A stretch of 64,000 nucleotides of DNA, from sequence record NC_041917.1; one strand, given 5' to 3'. Made by a program: the position numbers and the translations under genes. Below, piece after piece: positions 1 to 9,625 of the stretch (position 1 is the stretch's first letter; every line of letters begins with the position of its first letter). The notes beneath the pieces are model-generated. The model searched no databases. It saw only the letters and a list, made by a program, of their open reading frames with translations, and was not told the origin of the DNA.

Positions 1-282
1 AAGAACTACTTTATTGTACTAAATCTAGTGTATAAAATCATTGAATTCAATACTGCTAAAATTGAAGGTACTATTACTAAAGAACAATGGTGCACGTACT
101 GTACTAACTTCTTAACGTTTATTGATGATAATTTCTCTAAAACACAAGCAGAACTTATTGTACACGCAGTACGTACTTTCACAGATGCAAACGTTAATAT
201 CGCTTACTCTGAAGTTCCAGTATTCAAAACCTTTGTTCAGAAATATGGTCCACTTCTTCGTAAAGTACGTACAATGAAATAA
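1..282 (+). CDS. 3' end of a gene truncated by the window edge; possibly a MoxR-like AAA+ ATPase
   Basis: Frame 1 is open from base 1 (KNYFIVLNLVYKII...) to the stop at 282. The product is inferred only from the usual pairing of MoxR-type ATPases with the downstream VWA/metallopeptidase gene. Confidence 0.4.
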   Translation, partial: KNYFIVLNLVYKIIEFNTAKIEGTITKEQWCTYCTNFLTFIDDNFSKTQAELIVHAVRTFTDANVNIAYSEVPVFKTFVQKYGPLLRKVRTMK

Positions 283-288
283 TACTTT

Positions 289-311
289 AGGGGCATATAT
301 TGCCCCTTTTT
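289..311 (+). terminator. Intrinsic terminator
   Basis: aggggca-tatat-tgcccct followed by tttt just after the stop at 282. Confidence 0.7.
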
Positions 312-324
312 CTATGAGGTTTAT

Positions 325-1665
325 ATGAAAAAAGAAAAACATGTAGTATCTGATGCATATGCAGCAGAATGCTACGAACGAATTATTATTGCACGTACTG
401 CGATGATTATGTCTTGTCCATTCTTTGGAATTTTAGCTGCAAGACTACAATTAGTACCTAATAATACATGGTGCCGAACTTTAGCAGTAGATGGTAAACA
501 CTTGTACTATAATGTTGAATTCATTATGGGAGTTGAAGACCCTGCTCGTCGTCAAGAGTATGAAGACAAACTTAAAGAATCTATTGATGGGATTACTGCT
601 GAACAAATCAACGATGCATTAAATGGATTAACACATCAAAATCTATTGGCTGCAATTTGTCATGAGATTCTACACTGTGCATATAACCACTTTTTAAGAC
701 GTGGTGCACGTAATCCTAAAAAATGGAACCAAGCAGCAGACTACGCCATTAACCAAATCATAAATCGTGATAAAAAAATGGGTGAAATTAAGAAGTCGTG
801 GTTATTCAAAGCTGAATACGATGGAATGACTGCTGAAGAAATCTATAATATCTTAGAAGAACAAGATGGAAACGGTGGTGGTGGTTCTGGTTCTGGTGGT
901 GGAACTTTAGATCAACATGACATTCCACAACAAGGCGATGATCAATCAGATGATGGGGACAATTCTGGAATACCAGGATATAGTACTGAAGAATTAGAAT
1001 CATTCATGGAAGAATTTAAAGATGCTATGCTAAGTGCGGCAATGGCTGAAGGTGCACCACAAGAAATTCGTGCAATGATCGATGAGTATAAAACTCCTAC
1101 TATTGATTGGCGTTCTAAACTAAATCGTACTATTCGTTCATTGATTAAAAATGATGTATCTTATATGATGCCATCTCGCCGTTCATGGAGTACTGGTTTT
1201 GGAAGTACTGGTTCATATTATGGTTCTCCAATTTATCCAGGTTTAAAACCAGATTTGGATATTGATATTTGTGTTGCATTAGATGCATCAGGTAGTATTA
1301 GTACTGAAATGCTAAAAGATTTCTTGTCTGAAGTAATGGGTATGACTAAACAGTTTAGTCAGTTCAAGATTCGAATCTTGACATTTGATACTAATGTTTA
1401 TACAGTACGAGATTACGTTACTGGTGAAGAACGTAAGATTCTTGAATATCCAGTAACTGGTGGCGGTGGTACGTTATTCACTGCTGTTTGGGATCATATG
1501 AAGGAAGATGACTATTGTCCAAAACAATTAGTTATGTTCACTGATGGAGAACCTTGGGGTTCTTGGGGAGATCCTACATATTGTGATACTTTATTCATTA
1601 TTCACTCGAATCCAAAGATTGAAGCACCATTTGGTACTACAGTGCATTATGAATTAGAGAAGTAA
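325..1665 (+). CDS. Putative metallopeptidase + VWA-like domain protein (DUF2201-type)
   Basis: HExxH motif (ICHEILHCAYNH); Gly-rich/acidic linker; C-terminal VWA MIDAS elements DASGS, GGGGT and FTDG. Confidence 0.85.
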   Translation: MKKEKHVVSDAYAAECYERIIIARTAMIMSCPFFGILAARLQLVPNNTWCRTLAVDGKHLYYNVEFIMGVEDPARRQEYEDKLKESIDGITAEQINDALNGLTHQNLLAAICHEILHCAYNHFLRRGARNPKKWNQAADYAINQIINRDKKMGEIKKSWLFKAEYDGMTAEEIYNILEEQDGNGGGGSGSGGGTLDQHDIPQQGDDQSDDGDNSGIPGYSTEELESFMEEFKDAMLSAAMAEGAPQEIRAMIDEYKTPTIDWRSKLNRTIRSLIKNDVSYMMPSRRSWSTGFGSTGSYYGSPIYPGLKPDLDIDICVALDASGSISTEMLKDFLSEVMGMTKQFSQFKIRILTFDTNVYTVRDYVTGEERKILEYPVTGGGGTLFTAVWDHMKEDDYCPKQLVMFTDGEPWGSWGDPTYCDTLFIIHSNPKIEAPFGTTVHYELEK

Positions 1666-1678
1666 CAATACTAAATAA

Positions 1679-1701
1679 AAGGTCGCTAGGATGGCGGCCT
1701 T
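1679..1701 (+). terminator. Hairpin / probable terminator
   Basis: aaggtcgct-aggat-ggcggcctt, a 9 bp stem with two G-U pairs in + sense RNA. Confidence 0.55.
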
Positions 1702-1708
1702 AATCTTT

Positions 1709-1737
1709 TGAAACAGGCCACATTTTTGTGGTATAAT
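1709..1737 (+). promoter_or_regulatory. Early/middle-type promoter TGAAAC-N14-TGGTATAAT
   Basis: One of six copies with identical spacing; extended -10 TGnTATAAT. Confidence 0.8.
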
Positions 1738-1771
1738 ATAGATAATTAAAAAATACATGGAGTGTATAATT

Positions 1772-2005
1772 ATGAGTAAAGAAGTTGATATTCAAGATCT
1801 AGACGAAGTTGTTGCTGGTCCACAATTGGAATTCATTGATATTATCAATGCTACTAAAATTATGGAAGCTGCGATTGAGCGTAAAGCATTTTCAATCAAA
1901 GAACTAGGTGAAGTTGCTCCTATTGTTTCTCGTTTCCAAGAATTCTCTCAAGCAATCATTGCAGAACAAGAAGCAAAAGATGCTAATACTGAGGGAGATG
2001 CATAA
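1772..2005 (+). CDS. Small acidic hypothetical protein
   Basis: ORF 1757..2005; GGAG SD at 1759-1762 favours the ATG at 1772 (MSKEVD...). Confidence 0.7.
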   Translation: MSKEVDIQDLDEVVAGPQLEFIDIINATKIMEAAIERKAFSIKELGEVAPIVSRFQEFSQAIIAEQEAKDANTEGDA

Positions 2006-2652
2006 TGAGTATTATTCGTCACTGCGGCGTAGTTCGCAGCACTGGTTCTCGTGTGTTCGTTGTATGGCGTCAGCTTGAGAACGATCCACAGCATTGTTTA
2101 GTAGTTTATCGTGATTCACTTCCTGAAGCTTATGTGAATAAGGTTACAGATTTAGTACTCAATCAAGGACAGAGCAGCATTGATTTGTGGAATGTTATTG
2201 ATAAAATTGGTATGCTTGAAGGTACTAATATGTTAACACTTCTACATAAAATGGGTTATATCCGTAAGCAAAATACCCAAGACATTGATATGCATGTTGG
2301 TGGGAATAACAAAATTCCTCTTAATGTACTCAATAATGAAATTGATTCCGCACCAGAAATGGTATCAGGTACAGTGAAAGATTTCAATCCATTTGACCGT
2401 ACAGAAGTGCAATATCCAGAACAAAATACAGTAGTTACTCATCTACTTGATGATGCTCGTAAGTATGAACAACTTTCACGTGAAAGTTTTGAACGTGCTT
2501 ATAACTTAGATCCAAGTCTTCGCCCACAAGCAACTGTTGGTGAATCTCAAGATGATGGTTTTATTCACCTACGTATTGATCCTTCAATGTCTCAAACTAA
2601 AGCAATTGAATTAGTTAAAAAGACATTAAAGGAACATAAAGATGCAGAATAA
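2005..2652 (+). CDS. Hypothetical protein
   Basis: 215 aa ORF with a TAATG overlap to the upstream gene. Confidence 0.75.
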   Translation: MSIIRHCGVVRSTGSRVFVVWRQLENDPQHCLVVYRDSLPEAYVNKVTDLVLNQGQSSIDLWNVIDKIGMLEGTNMLTLLHKMGYIRKQNTQDIDMHVGGNNKIPLNVLNNEIDSAPEMVSGTVKDFNPFDRTEVQYPEQNTVVTHLLDDARKYEQLSRESFERAYNLDPSLRPQATVGESQDDGFIHLRIDPSMSQTKAIELVKKTLKEHKDAE

Positions 2653-2950
2653 AATCACTAGGGAAGATATAATCAATTTGATTATTGCGGAACGCTTATC
2701 ACAAATGGGCAATCCTAATACCTTAGCTGATCATCTTAAAACGAAGAATGATTGGACTGGTTTAGCAGGTTACTACTTGTTTGAAAGTGCATCTAGACCA
2801 GATAAACATGTTTCTTTTGACGAATTTCGATTATCATTAATTAAAGCAGCAGCAGTTATTCTTGCTGCTTTAGAAACAAGTTTTTCTCTAGATGACGATA
2901 ATATAAAAGATTTATTATCCAAATTGGAAGATAAAAATGACTCTAACTGA
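2642..2950 (+). CDS. Hypothetical helical protein with a weak MazG-like (all-alpha NTP-PPase) pattern
   Basis: AERLSQ...DW...FRLSLIKAAAVILAALE resembles the ERxRQ...LIxVAAVxxAxxE pattern of MazG-like phage proteins; the acidic metal-binding motif is not obvious. Confidence 0.4.
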   Translation: MQNKITREDIINLIIAERLSQMGNPNTLADHLKTKNDWTGLAGYYLFESASRPDKHVSFDEFRLSLIKAAAVILAALETSFSLDDDNIKDLLSKLEDKNDSN

Positions 2951-3524
2951 AATATCTAATATGATGGATCAGTTCGAAAATGTATGTTTCAGTGGCGGGG
3001 CAGCGGGTGCTGACCGCCTTTTTGGTTTGTGGGCTGCACAAAATGGACATGAAGAAGTCCATTTTTCATTTAAGGGTCACAAAGCACATGTTCCACCTGA
3101 AACTGTTTTAGAACTCCCACTCGATTTATTAACAAGTACTGAAATTATACAAAAATTAAAAGTTGCTAACAAGTCTCTTGGAAGAAGTGTTCCTAGATTT
3201 GGATACGTTTATAATCTACTTGCTCGTAATAGTATGCAAGTATATAGTACTGAACGTGTGTATACAATGGGAATTTTAATTTCTCCTACACAACTTGATG
3301 GTGGTACTGCTTGGGCGGTACAAATGTACTTAGATCAAGAATCTGAGACAAAAGAAATTTATCATTACGACATTGTTGATAAAAAGATATATTCGTATAA
3401 TAATGTATTAAAACAATTCGTAGAAGTACAAACTGTACCAACACCACATGGAAAATGGACAGGTATTGGGACACGCCGAGCTACACAAGAAGATTTAGAA
3501 GCATTTGCTTCAAAATTTGAGTAA
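2937..3524 (+). CDS. Probable SLOG-superfamily (YspA/DprA-like) nucleotide-binding protein
   Basis: SGGAAGAD, LARN and GGTAWAV motifs in SLOG order. Confidence 0.6.
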   Translation: MTLTEISNMMDQFENVCFSGGAAGADRLFGLWAAQNGHEEVHFSFKGHKAHVPPETVLELPLDLLTSTEIIQKLKVANKSLGRSVPRFGYVYNLLARNSMQVYSTERVYTMGILISPTQLDGGTAWAVQMYLDQESETKEIYHYDIVDKKIYSYNNVLKQFVEVQTVPTPHGKWTGIGTRRATQEDLEAFASKFE

Positions 3525-3530
3525 TTAAAT

Positions 3531-3878
3531 ATGACAGATGATGAATTAGAAAGTTTTCGAATTGATACCTATAATGAAGGGTATGAAGAAGGAAAAGAAT
3601 ATGGCTATGAATGTGGGATGGATGATGGTGATGCAGCAGGTGCAGAACGCATTCGAAAAGAATTAGAATATGAACATGAAAAAGCCCTAGAGCGTTCCTA
3701 CAAAGATGGATTCAATGAAGCTGAAGATAAGTATGATAGAGAAATTTCTTATCTTCGTTCTAATTCTGAACAAGCAATTAATTCGTTGAATTCCAAAATT
3801 AAGGATTTGAAACGAATGTTATACAATCTAAGGAAGGAAAATGCAACAATTACTAGATCTATACAAAAAAGTACTTGA
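3531..3878 (+). CDS. Hypothetical protein with GxxxG repeats and a coiled coil
   Basis: EGYEEGKEYGYECG segment; helical C-terminus. Confidence 0.65.
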   Translation: MTDDELESFRIDTYNEGYEEGKEYGYECGMDDGDAAGAERIRKELEYEHEKALERSYKDGFNEAEDKYDREISYLRSNSEQAINSLNSKIKDLKRMLYNLRKENATITRSIQKST

Positions 3879-4770
3879 ATTTGGTGAACTTAGTACTGAC
3901 CGTACTGGTGTAGGTACATTAAAATTGGTTGGACAAACCATGAGATTTAATCTACAAGAAGGTTATCCAGCACCAACAACTAAACGTCTTGCTTGGAATG
4001 CAATGTCATCCGAATTGATTTGGTTTCTTGAAGGGTCACATGATGAACGAAGATTGTGTGAAATTTTACATGGTACTCGCGATCCTTCTAAGAAAACTAT
4101 TTGGACGGCAAATTATGAAAATCAAGGTATTTCATTGGGATACACTGATGGGAATCTTGGTCCAGTATATGGTAAACAATGGCGGTTTTGGAAAGATACA
4201 GTACTTTCTAGTGATCCGTATGAAATTGAGAAATATAAACAAAATGGGTATAATGTAGTTGATAGTACTTTCTTCCACGGTGTTATTATGGAACGAAATA
4301 CTGACCAGATTGCAGTACTTATTGATGGATTGAAAAATAATCCAGATTCTCGTCGCCACATCTTGACTGCATGGAATGTTGGTGAATTGGATAAAATGGC
4401 ACTTCCTCCATGCCACTGTTTCTCACAATTCTTTGTTAATAATGGAAAACTATCATGTATTCTTTATCAACGAAGCTGTGATCTATTTTTGGGTGTACCA
4501 TTCAACATCGCATCATATTCACTACTAACACATATGTTAGCACAAGTATGTGGATTGGAAGTTGGTGAATTTGTTTGGATGGGCGGGGATGTTCATATCT
4601 ATCAAAATCATGTAGAACAAGTTAAAGAACAGCTAAAACGTGAACCACGTGAACTGCCTAAATTGTGGATGGATACTAGTATTACCAAAATTGAAGATTT
4701 CAAAATGGATTCTTTCAGATTGGAAGGTTATAATCCAGATGGTGTAATTAAAGCACCAATGGCAGTATAA
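3841..4770 (+). CDS. thyA: Thymidylate synthase (ThyA/Td type)
   Basis: DRTGVGT, GPVYGKQWR, catalytic LPPCH, YQRSCDLFLGVPFNIASY, GDVHIY and C-terminal APMAV. Confidence 0.98.
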   Translation: MQQLLDLYKKVLEFGELSTDRTGVGTLKLVGQTMRFNLQEGYPAPTTKRLAWNAMSSELIWFLEGSHDERRLCEILHGTRDPSKKTIWTANYENQGISLGYTDGNLGPVYGKQWRFWKDTVLSSDPYEIEKYKQNGYNVVDSTFFHGVIMERNTDQIAVLIDGLKNNPDSRRHILTAWNVGELDKMALPPCHCFSQFFVNNGKLSCILYQRSCDLFLGVPFNIASYSLLTHMLAQVCGLEVGEFVWMGGDVHIYQNHVEQVKEQLKREPRELPKLWMDTSITKIEDFKMDSFRLEGYNPDGVIKAPMAV

Positions 4771-4773
4771 AAT

Positions 4774-4800
4774 AAAAAGGAGCCATAGGCTCCTTTTTTT
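4774..4800. terminator. Bidirectional intrinsic terminator
   Basis: aaaaaggagcc-ata-ggctccttttt between convergent genes. Confidence 0.9.
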
Positions 4801-4801
4801 G

Positions 4802-6748
4802 TTATTGATATTGTACAATTACCCGACCATTAAATCGTAAATCTGGCGATGCAGGTACTGATAGTACTGCGTTGGTAGGTGAAATAACCACACTATCAAC
4901 TTCAACAGGACTATAATTCACCCCACTTAATTCTTGCACAGAAACTTGTTGTATATTGGCATTAGTAATAGTAAATGTATAGTAAGAACCATTTAATACC
5001 CAATTAGCTGTAGTAAATGTTGTAATAACTCCACCACCGGAACCAACAGTCGTCCATGTTCCATTTGATTTTTGGATTACAGTATTGCGTTGAGTACTGT
5101 AAGCAATCATCCCATCTTCACCTTTAGAATCATCAATTGGATTCATAACAGGTAATGCAAAACCATTTCTTGTCATTTTAGCAACAACTTGTGGTGATGC
5201 ACCATTATATAATATGAAATTATAATTTCCAGTACTTCCAGTTTGACTAAATGTTAAACCATTGGTTTCATCTATGGTTGTTGGTGAATTGGCTGAATTA
5301 AATCTAATAGTTGAACCAGTGAATATTAGTAAATTTGCTGAATTTTGTAGATATGCATCAGCAGCAAATGTTGAAATTCCATTAAATCTACTTTGAGAAT
5401 TGACAACAACTTTATCACCAGATGCAGAGGCATCGTTACCTAATGTAGTATTTCCATTAACGGTATGATTTCCAGTAACTACTACGTTACCATTAAAAGT
5501 ACTTAAACCCTGTGATAGACTTACATTAACTGCACTATTTGATACAAAATCTATTTTATTTCCAGTTACATTTATACCTAATGCAGTATTACCAGTAGCA
5601 GAAAATAGAATATTTGGTGCAGCAGCAGTACCAGTACTTGGATATAAAATTAATTGTGTAGGTGAAACCCGTAATCTTTCAACACCACTTGCAGAGAAAC
5701 CAATACTTCCGGTAGCTGGTCTAAAGATACCAGTACTTGTCTCTGACCATTTAGTAGGATCATTTCCTGGATTCGTGGTAGGGTTAAATGGGTTGCTGTT
5801 AAACGCAATAGCAGGGGCAGCAGCGGTTCCATAAACAACACCGAAGCGACCATCACCTATTCCTCCATCATCGTACATGGAGTCTCCTGTGCGGCGTAGA
5901 CCGTCTTGCACAAGGTTATCTATAATAGTTTGTACTGTACCAGCACTTGAAGAAAATGCTCTACCTGAAGTAGTTGCATATGTTCTATCGAATGAAACTG
6001 CACCAGCACTTATACTAACACGACTTTGACGTAAACGTGTTTGTTTGGAACCATCTGAAATAATCCAATCACCATCCGTCAACGCTAATTCAGAAGACTT
6101 ATCTACATCAGTAGTAAATGCGGCTGTTAACGTTGTGTCAGTAGATAATGATGTTAAACCTTCATGACCAGTACTTGGAATACTTGCTGTAATTATTCTT
6201 CCAAAAGCGGCAATAACAACTTTACCAGTACTTGGGTTCATTGGATCGGTATCAACATAGTACTTAATTTGAATCCAATTTCCTTGTCCACTTGGATTAG
6301 TAGGTATAAAGGTAACAGTTGGTGTTGTTGGGTTATTTGCTTTAAAGTGTGCCTGTGCTGCATCATATAGGCCACGCACAATATAGTACTGTCCTGAATT
6401 AGCTGCAATAGGTGCAGGAAGTTTATCATATTGTCCACCCAATGGTGGATCAATGTCATCAGTTAATGGTGAATATGTACCAATATACTGCATACCACTT
6501 GTTACTGAATCTGGTAATTGGGATGTAAGTAATTGTCCATTTTCATCTAAATTTGCGAAACGACGATAACTCACTGAGCCATCAGTAAACTCTAGAACAC
6601 CTTCAAATGATTTCCATTCTGAGTTATATCGAATCATACCTGCTCTTTCAGCAGATGTTGTTTGTTTTGTTGGTGCTTTAGGTAGTTCTAAAAAGTATTG
6701 ACTTTCAATTATAACACCCTCTGCACCTTTAATTCTAGTAGCACTCAT
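4802..6748 (-). CDS. Virion structural / fibre-associated protein
   Basis: 648 aa rich in S/T/G/N; two G-x-I-x-Y-N...W fibre motifs; late-promoter motif upstream; C-terminal domain shared with 14951..15811. Confidence 0.65.
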   Translation of the reverse strand: MSATRIKGAEGVIIESQYFLELPKAPTKQTTSAERAGMIRYNSEWKSFEGVLEFTDGSVSYRRFANLDENGQLLTSQLPDSVTSGMQYIGTYSPLTDDIDPPLGGQYDKLPAPIAANSGQYYIVRGLYDAAQAHFKANNPTTPTVTFIPTNPSGQGNWIQIKYYVDTDPMNPSTGKVVIAAFGRIITASIPSTGHEGLTSLSTDTTLTAAFTTDVDKSSELALTDGDWIISDGSKQTRLRQSRVSISAGAVSFDRTYATTSGRAFSSSAGTVQTIIDNLVQDGLRRTGDSMYDDGGIGDGRFGVVYGTAAAPAIAFNSNPFNPTTNPGNDPTKWSETSTGIFRPATGSIGFSASGVERLRVSPTQLILYPSTGTAAAPNILFSATGNTALGINVTGNKIDFVSNSAVNVSLSQGLSTFNGNVVVTGNHTVNGNTTLGNDASASGDKVVVNSQSRFNGISTFAADAYLQNSANLLIFTGSTIRFNSANSPTTIDETNGLTFSQTGSTGNYNFILYNGASPQVVAKMTRNGFALPVMNPIDDSKGEDGMIAYSTQRNTVIQKSNGTWTTVGSGGGVITTFTTANWVLNGSYYTFTITNANIQQVSVQELSGVNYSPVEVDSVVISPTNAVLSVPASPDLRFNGRVIVQYQ

Positions 6749-6779
6749 TTAATTTCCTCAGATAATGGGTTATATTCTG

Positions 6780-6786
6780 TATTTAT
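6780..6786 (-). promoter_or_regulatory. T4-like late promoter (ATAAATA)
   Basis: Matches the gp55-dependent TATAAATA core upstream of a structural gene. Confidence 0.65.
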
Positions 6787-6815
6787 CCAGTACTCCAAAA
6801 ATAAAAGCTATCTTA

Positions 6816-7319
6816 TTAATCAGAAGTGTAGAAAATTCTAACGATTGGACATAGTGTAGAATTTGTAACACTACAATTGTAATAAGTATTTTGAATATAC
6901 ACTTTATTTGGATTTGGACTCATTGATACAAACATATCATATCCTGACGTTACACCTACTGTAGTTGAAACATCCACGCTATTATTTGTAGTACTATCAG
7001 TGTATACGTAACATCCCAATGGTATAAATGAAACAATGTTTACATTAGTTTCGTTGGTAAAAATATCTTTCATTCTTATAAGCATACCTGCATTATTCGA
7101 ACGAATTGTCAAATCATGATTATCTTGTTGGAAAACATGAAGTACTTTAACATCTTTTGATTTTAATATTAATGATGGTGGTGAATACAATCCATTATCA
7201 TGATTTGAAATTGAGTTTCCAGAATCAGGAGAAATAATCACTGGCGGCAAATTTCCGATAAGTGAACCAGTGAATTCTACATCTCCATCAACTTTTATAT
7301 CAGTTTTTATATTATACAT
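6816..7319 (-). CDS. Small fibre/adhesin-like protein with the shared MYNIKTD N-terminal module
   Basis: First 17-18 aa identical to 7333..7884; ISPDSGN...DNGLY motif also present in 7951..9618. Confidence 0.6.
   Translation of the reverse strand: MYNIKTDIKVDGDVEFTGSLIGNLPPVIISPDSGNSISNHDNGLYSPPSLILKSKDVKVLHVFQQDNHDLTIRSNNAGMLIRMKDIFTNETNVNIVSFIPLGCYVYTDSTTNNSVDVSTTVGVTSGYDMFVSMSPNPNKVYIQNTYYNCSVTNSTLCPIVRIFYTSD
7267..7319. repeat. 53 bp perfect direct repeat, copy 1 (copy 2 at 7832-7884)
   Basis: ccagtgaattctacatctccatcaacttttatatcagtttttatattatacat, identical base by base. Confidence 0.95.
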
Positions 7320-7332
7320 AATTTACTCCGTT

Positions 7333-7884
7333 TTAATTTGATGTTGTTATAAAATAATCAATAACATATGAAACATCCCAACCATCAGATCTTGAATAAT
7401 ATGTATTTGAATTAACGTTAAACAATTTAGTAGCTATTCCTTGGATAAAAATAATAGAAACTAACGTACTACAAAATATACCATTAACAATAGAAGTATT
7501 TTCATATGTAGTAATATTATATGGTAAAAAATTATTATTATCATCACATGGAATCATACTTAAATAGGCATTTAAAACTTTCATTTTGTTAGTAGATGAT
7601 GGGTATGGGCCACCTCCATCAAAATAGTCATCCCCGATGGTTATTTTAAAAATTTCATTAGAACCTTGAATAATATGTGCTCTAGGTGATGATATATTCG
7701 ATGATTCATTTGTTGGTAAATTTACCCCGAATGTCTTTAATGTAGTTGTTAATTCATTATTAGAATTAATGGATATTAAATTATTACCTGTTTTAGAAAC
7801 TTTAGCACCTGGTATATTGCCAATCAGTTCCCCAGTGAATTCTACATCTCCATCAACTTTTATATCAGTTTTTATATTATACAT
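7333..7884 (-). CDS. Small fibre/adhesin-like protein with the shared MYNIKTD N-terminal module
   Basis: Start reassigned from 7914 to 7884 (GAGGA SD; paralogous N-terminus). Confidence 0.6.
   Translation of the reverse strand: MYNIKTDIKVDGDVEFTGELIGNIPGAKVSKTGNNLISINSNNELTTTLKTFGVNLPTNESSNISSPRAHIIQGSNEIFKITIGDDYFDGGGPYPSSTNKMKVLNAYLSMIPCDDNNNFLPYNITTYENTSIVNGIFCSTLVSIIFIQGIATKLFNVNSNTYYSRSDGWDVSYVIDYFITTSN
7832..7884. repeat. 53 bp perfect direct repeat, copy 2
   Basis: Identical to 7267-7319. Confidence 0.95.
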
Positions 7885-7890
7885 TGTGTA

Positions 7891-7945
7891 TATCCTCATA
7901 AACGAAAAGGCCAATAATGAATATTGACCTTGTATTTAATTGAAA
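7891..7945 (-). promoter_or_regulatory. Late promoter + hairpin + SD module, copy A
   Basis: On the minus strand: TAAATA (7933-7938), stem 7908-7930 with one G-U pair, U-tract, then GAGGA; homologous to 9626-9680. Confidence 0.65.
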
Positions 7946-7950
7946 TTTGA

Positions 7951-9618
7951 TTACGCAAAGGCATTATTAACTGTTGTACCAACGAGCAAAGCTACTGTAA
8001 TATTTGCTTGATTAGGCACTCCACCACCAACTGGATATGGTGAATCAGTAACAACATCAAATCCTAAAGCGGGAGTTCCGTGGATAAATGTAGTGATAGT
8101 AACCGTAATAGTACTAGCAGTAGTGTTAGTAATTTGACCTGATACCGTTGTTGGTATTGGGTTTCCAGCAGAATCTAGATAATACTGTTGTAATTGGGTT
8201 TGTAATGAACTATATAAACCAACATTATTATATCTTGTAACACCTGTTGGGTTTGTCATTGATATAGTTGTTTTAATTTTCATGCTTCCATTTGGATAAA
8301 CAGTTGCTGAACTGAATAATGCTCCACTTGATGCAATTGCAAATTTAGGAATAACAGCATGATTACCAGCAACATACAATCCTTTATTAGTAGTTGAACT
8401 TAATTTAAGAATATTATATTGTTCAGTACTTAAATTGACACGAATATCGGTGTTTTTTGGGTTGCTATTATTTTGTGAACGGTATATACTGTCATCTGGC
8501 AGTAATTGAATGCTAACTGGACGAACAAATAAACCAGGATTATCACCAACGATTAAGTTTGTTAATTGGTTTTGGTCATCAGCACTAACAACAACATCAC
8601 TTACTGGAGCAGGTGCTACATATAAACCATTATCATGTTTTACTAATGCATTATTAGTATCAGTTGATATGAGTACGGGAGAATCTAAAGTTAATACTTC
8701 TTTCCAGTTCCATGTTTTATCATCAGTTGGCTGATTGTTTTCGACATTCAAGAATAGTCTACCATCTGTATCGGATGCTAAAGAAAATCCAGAATATGAA
8801 CCAATTACTTGATTCTTATAACCTGATTGGAACCATATTACCGTTCCGTCTTTTTGACTTGGTAATGATGCTGGCATACCAATACCAGAACTTTTATATC
8901 CATATACAGATGAACCACCGTAACCAATACTAATATCATCAGTTAAAACGCCACCAGTTTGTACGAAAATATTAGACAAATACTCAGTACTGTTAACAGT
9001 TTCCCAACTAGTAGGCATTGCATTTAATGTACCAGTTCTAGTCTTAATTTGATTTTTAATGCTAGAACCATATTGGTCAGAACCATAACCAGTTTGTACA
9101 ACATATGTGGTTCCATTGGTTGAGTACTGCACTACTTTTAAAATTACATCACTAGTTGATGCGAATGGTGCATGATATTGATATTTTTCAGTACTAGTTG
9201 TAAGTCCAACAACAGAATATGTTCCAGTACTTGTTAATGTATCATAATCTGTTTTTTCTGTAATAAAAATCATTTCAGAATCTGATGAGGCATATAGACC
9301 ACCATCTGAGTTTATAATTAGTTTATTGTTTGGTTCTTCACTAAGTTTAGCGGAAAGTGTTACACTATATCCAGTTCCTTCTTGTGCAGATAATCCTTCT
9401 CCGGCCATAACGGATGATGATGGAGGAATAACTTTAAGTTCACCTTCAATTAAAAATAAACCATTTTCACCTTCGGCTATGTTAATTTTTAATGGATCTT
9501 CAACAGTTCCAGTTCCTGCGATTCCATCAGTCGTGTTTGTTGGGGGTAATTTCCCAAATAACTCACCACTGTATGTTACATTACCTATAACATTTATATC
9601 TGTTAATATATTGTACAT
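7951..9618 (-). CDS. Tail fibre-like protein
   Basis: MYNILTDINVIGNV N-terminus; repeated (L/V)SxDxxNxL...GLYV units; DYDTLTSTGTY...QTGY...W domain typical of fibre shafts. Confidence 0.65.
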   Translation of the reverse strand: MYNILTDINVIGNVTYSGELFGKLPPTNTTDGIAGTGTVEDPLKINIAEGENGLFLIEGELKVIPPSSSVMAGEGLSAQEGTGYSVTLSAKLSEEPNNKLIINSDGGLYASSDSEMIFITEKTDYDTLTSTGTYSVVGLTTSTEKYQYHAPFASTSDVILKVVQYSTNGTTYVVQTGYGSDQYGSSIKNQIKTRTGTLNAMPTSWETVNSTEYLSNIFVQTGGVLTDDISIGYGGSSVYGYKSSGIGMPASLPSQKDGTVIWFQSGYKNQVIGSYSGFSLASDTDGRLFLNVENNQPTDDKTWNWKEVLTLDSPVLISTDTNNALVKHDNGLYVAPAPVSDVVVSADDQNQLTNLIVGDNPGLFVRPVSIQLLPDDSIYRSQNNSNPKNTDIRVNLSTEQYNILKLSSTTNKGLYVAGNHAVIPKFAIASSGALFSSATVYPNGSMKIKTTISMTNPTGVTRYNNVGLYSSLQTQLQQYYLDSAGNPIPTTVSGQITNTTASTITVTITTFIHGTPALGFDVVTDSPYPVGGGVPNQANITVALLVGTTVNNAFA

Positions 9619-9625
9619 CTGTTAT

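Noticed and set aside
1672-1677. TAAATA after the VWA gene (also 60699-60704) as late promoters
   Set aside because: Hexamer-only matches in AT-rich spacers that precede a terminator or an early-type promoter; likely chance
3531-3878. FliH-like flagellar protein call
   Set aside because: Only a low-complexity GxxxG run matches; no other FliH features
3841-4770. T4 td-type group I intron in thymidylate synthase
   Set aside because: The ORF is continuous with all motifs in one frame
7267-7884. 53 bp repeat pair as a diversity-generating retroelement TR/VR
   Set aside because: The copies are identical with no adenine-specific mismatches, lie at N-termini rather than C-termini, and there is no reverse transcriptase in the window
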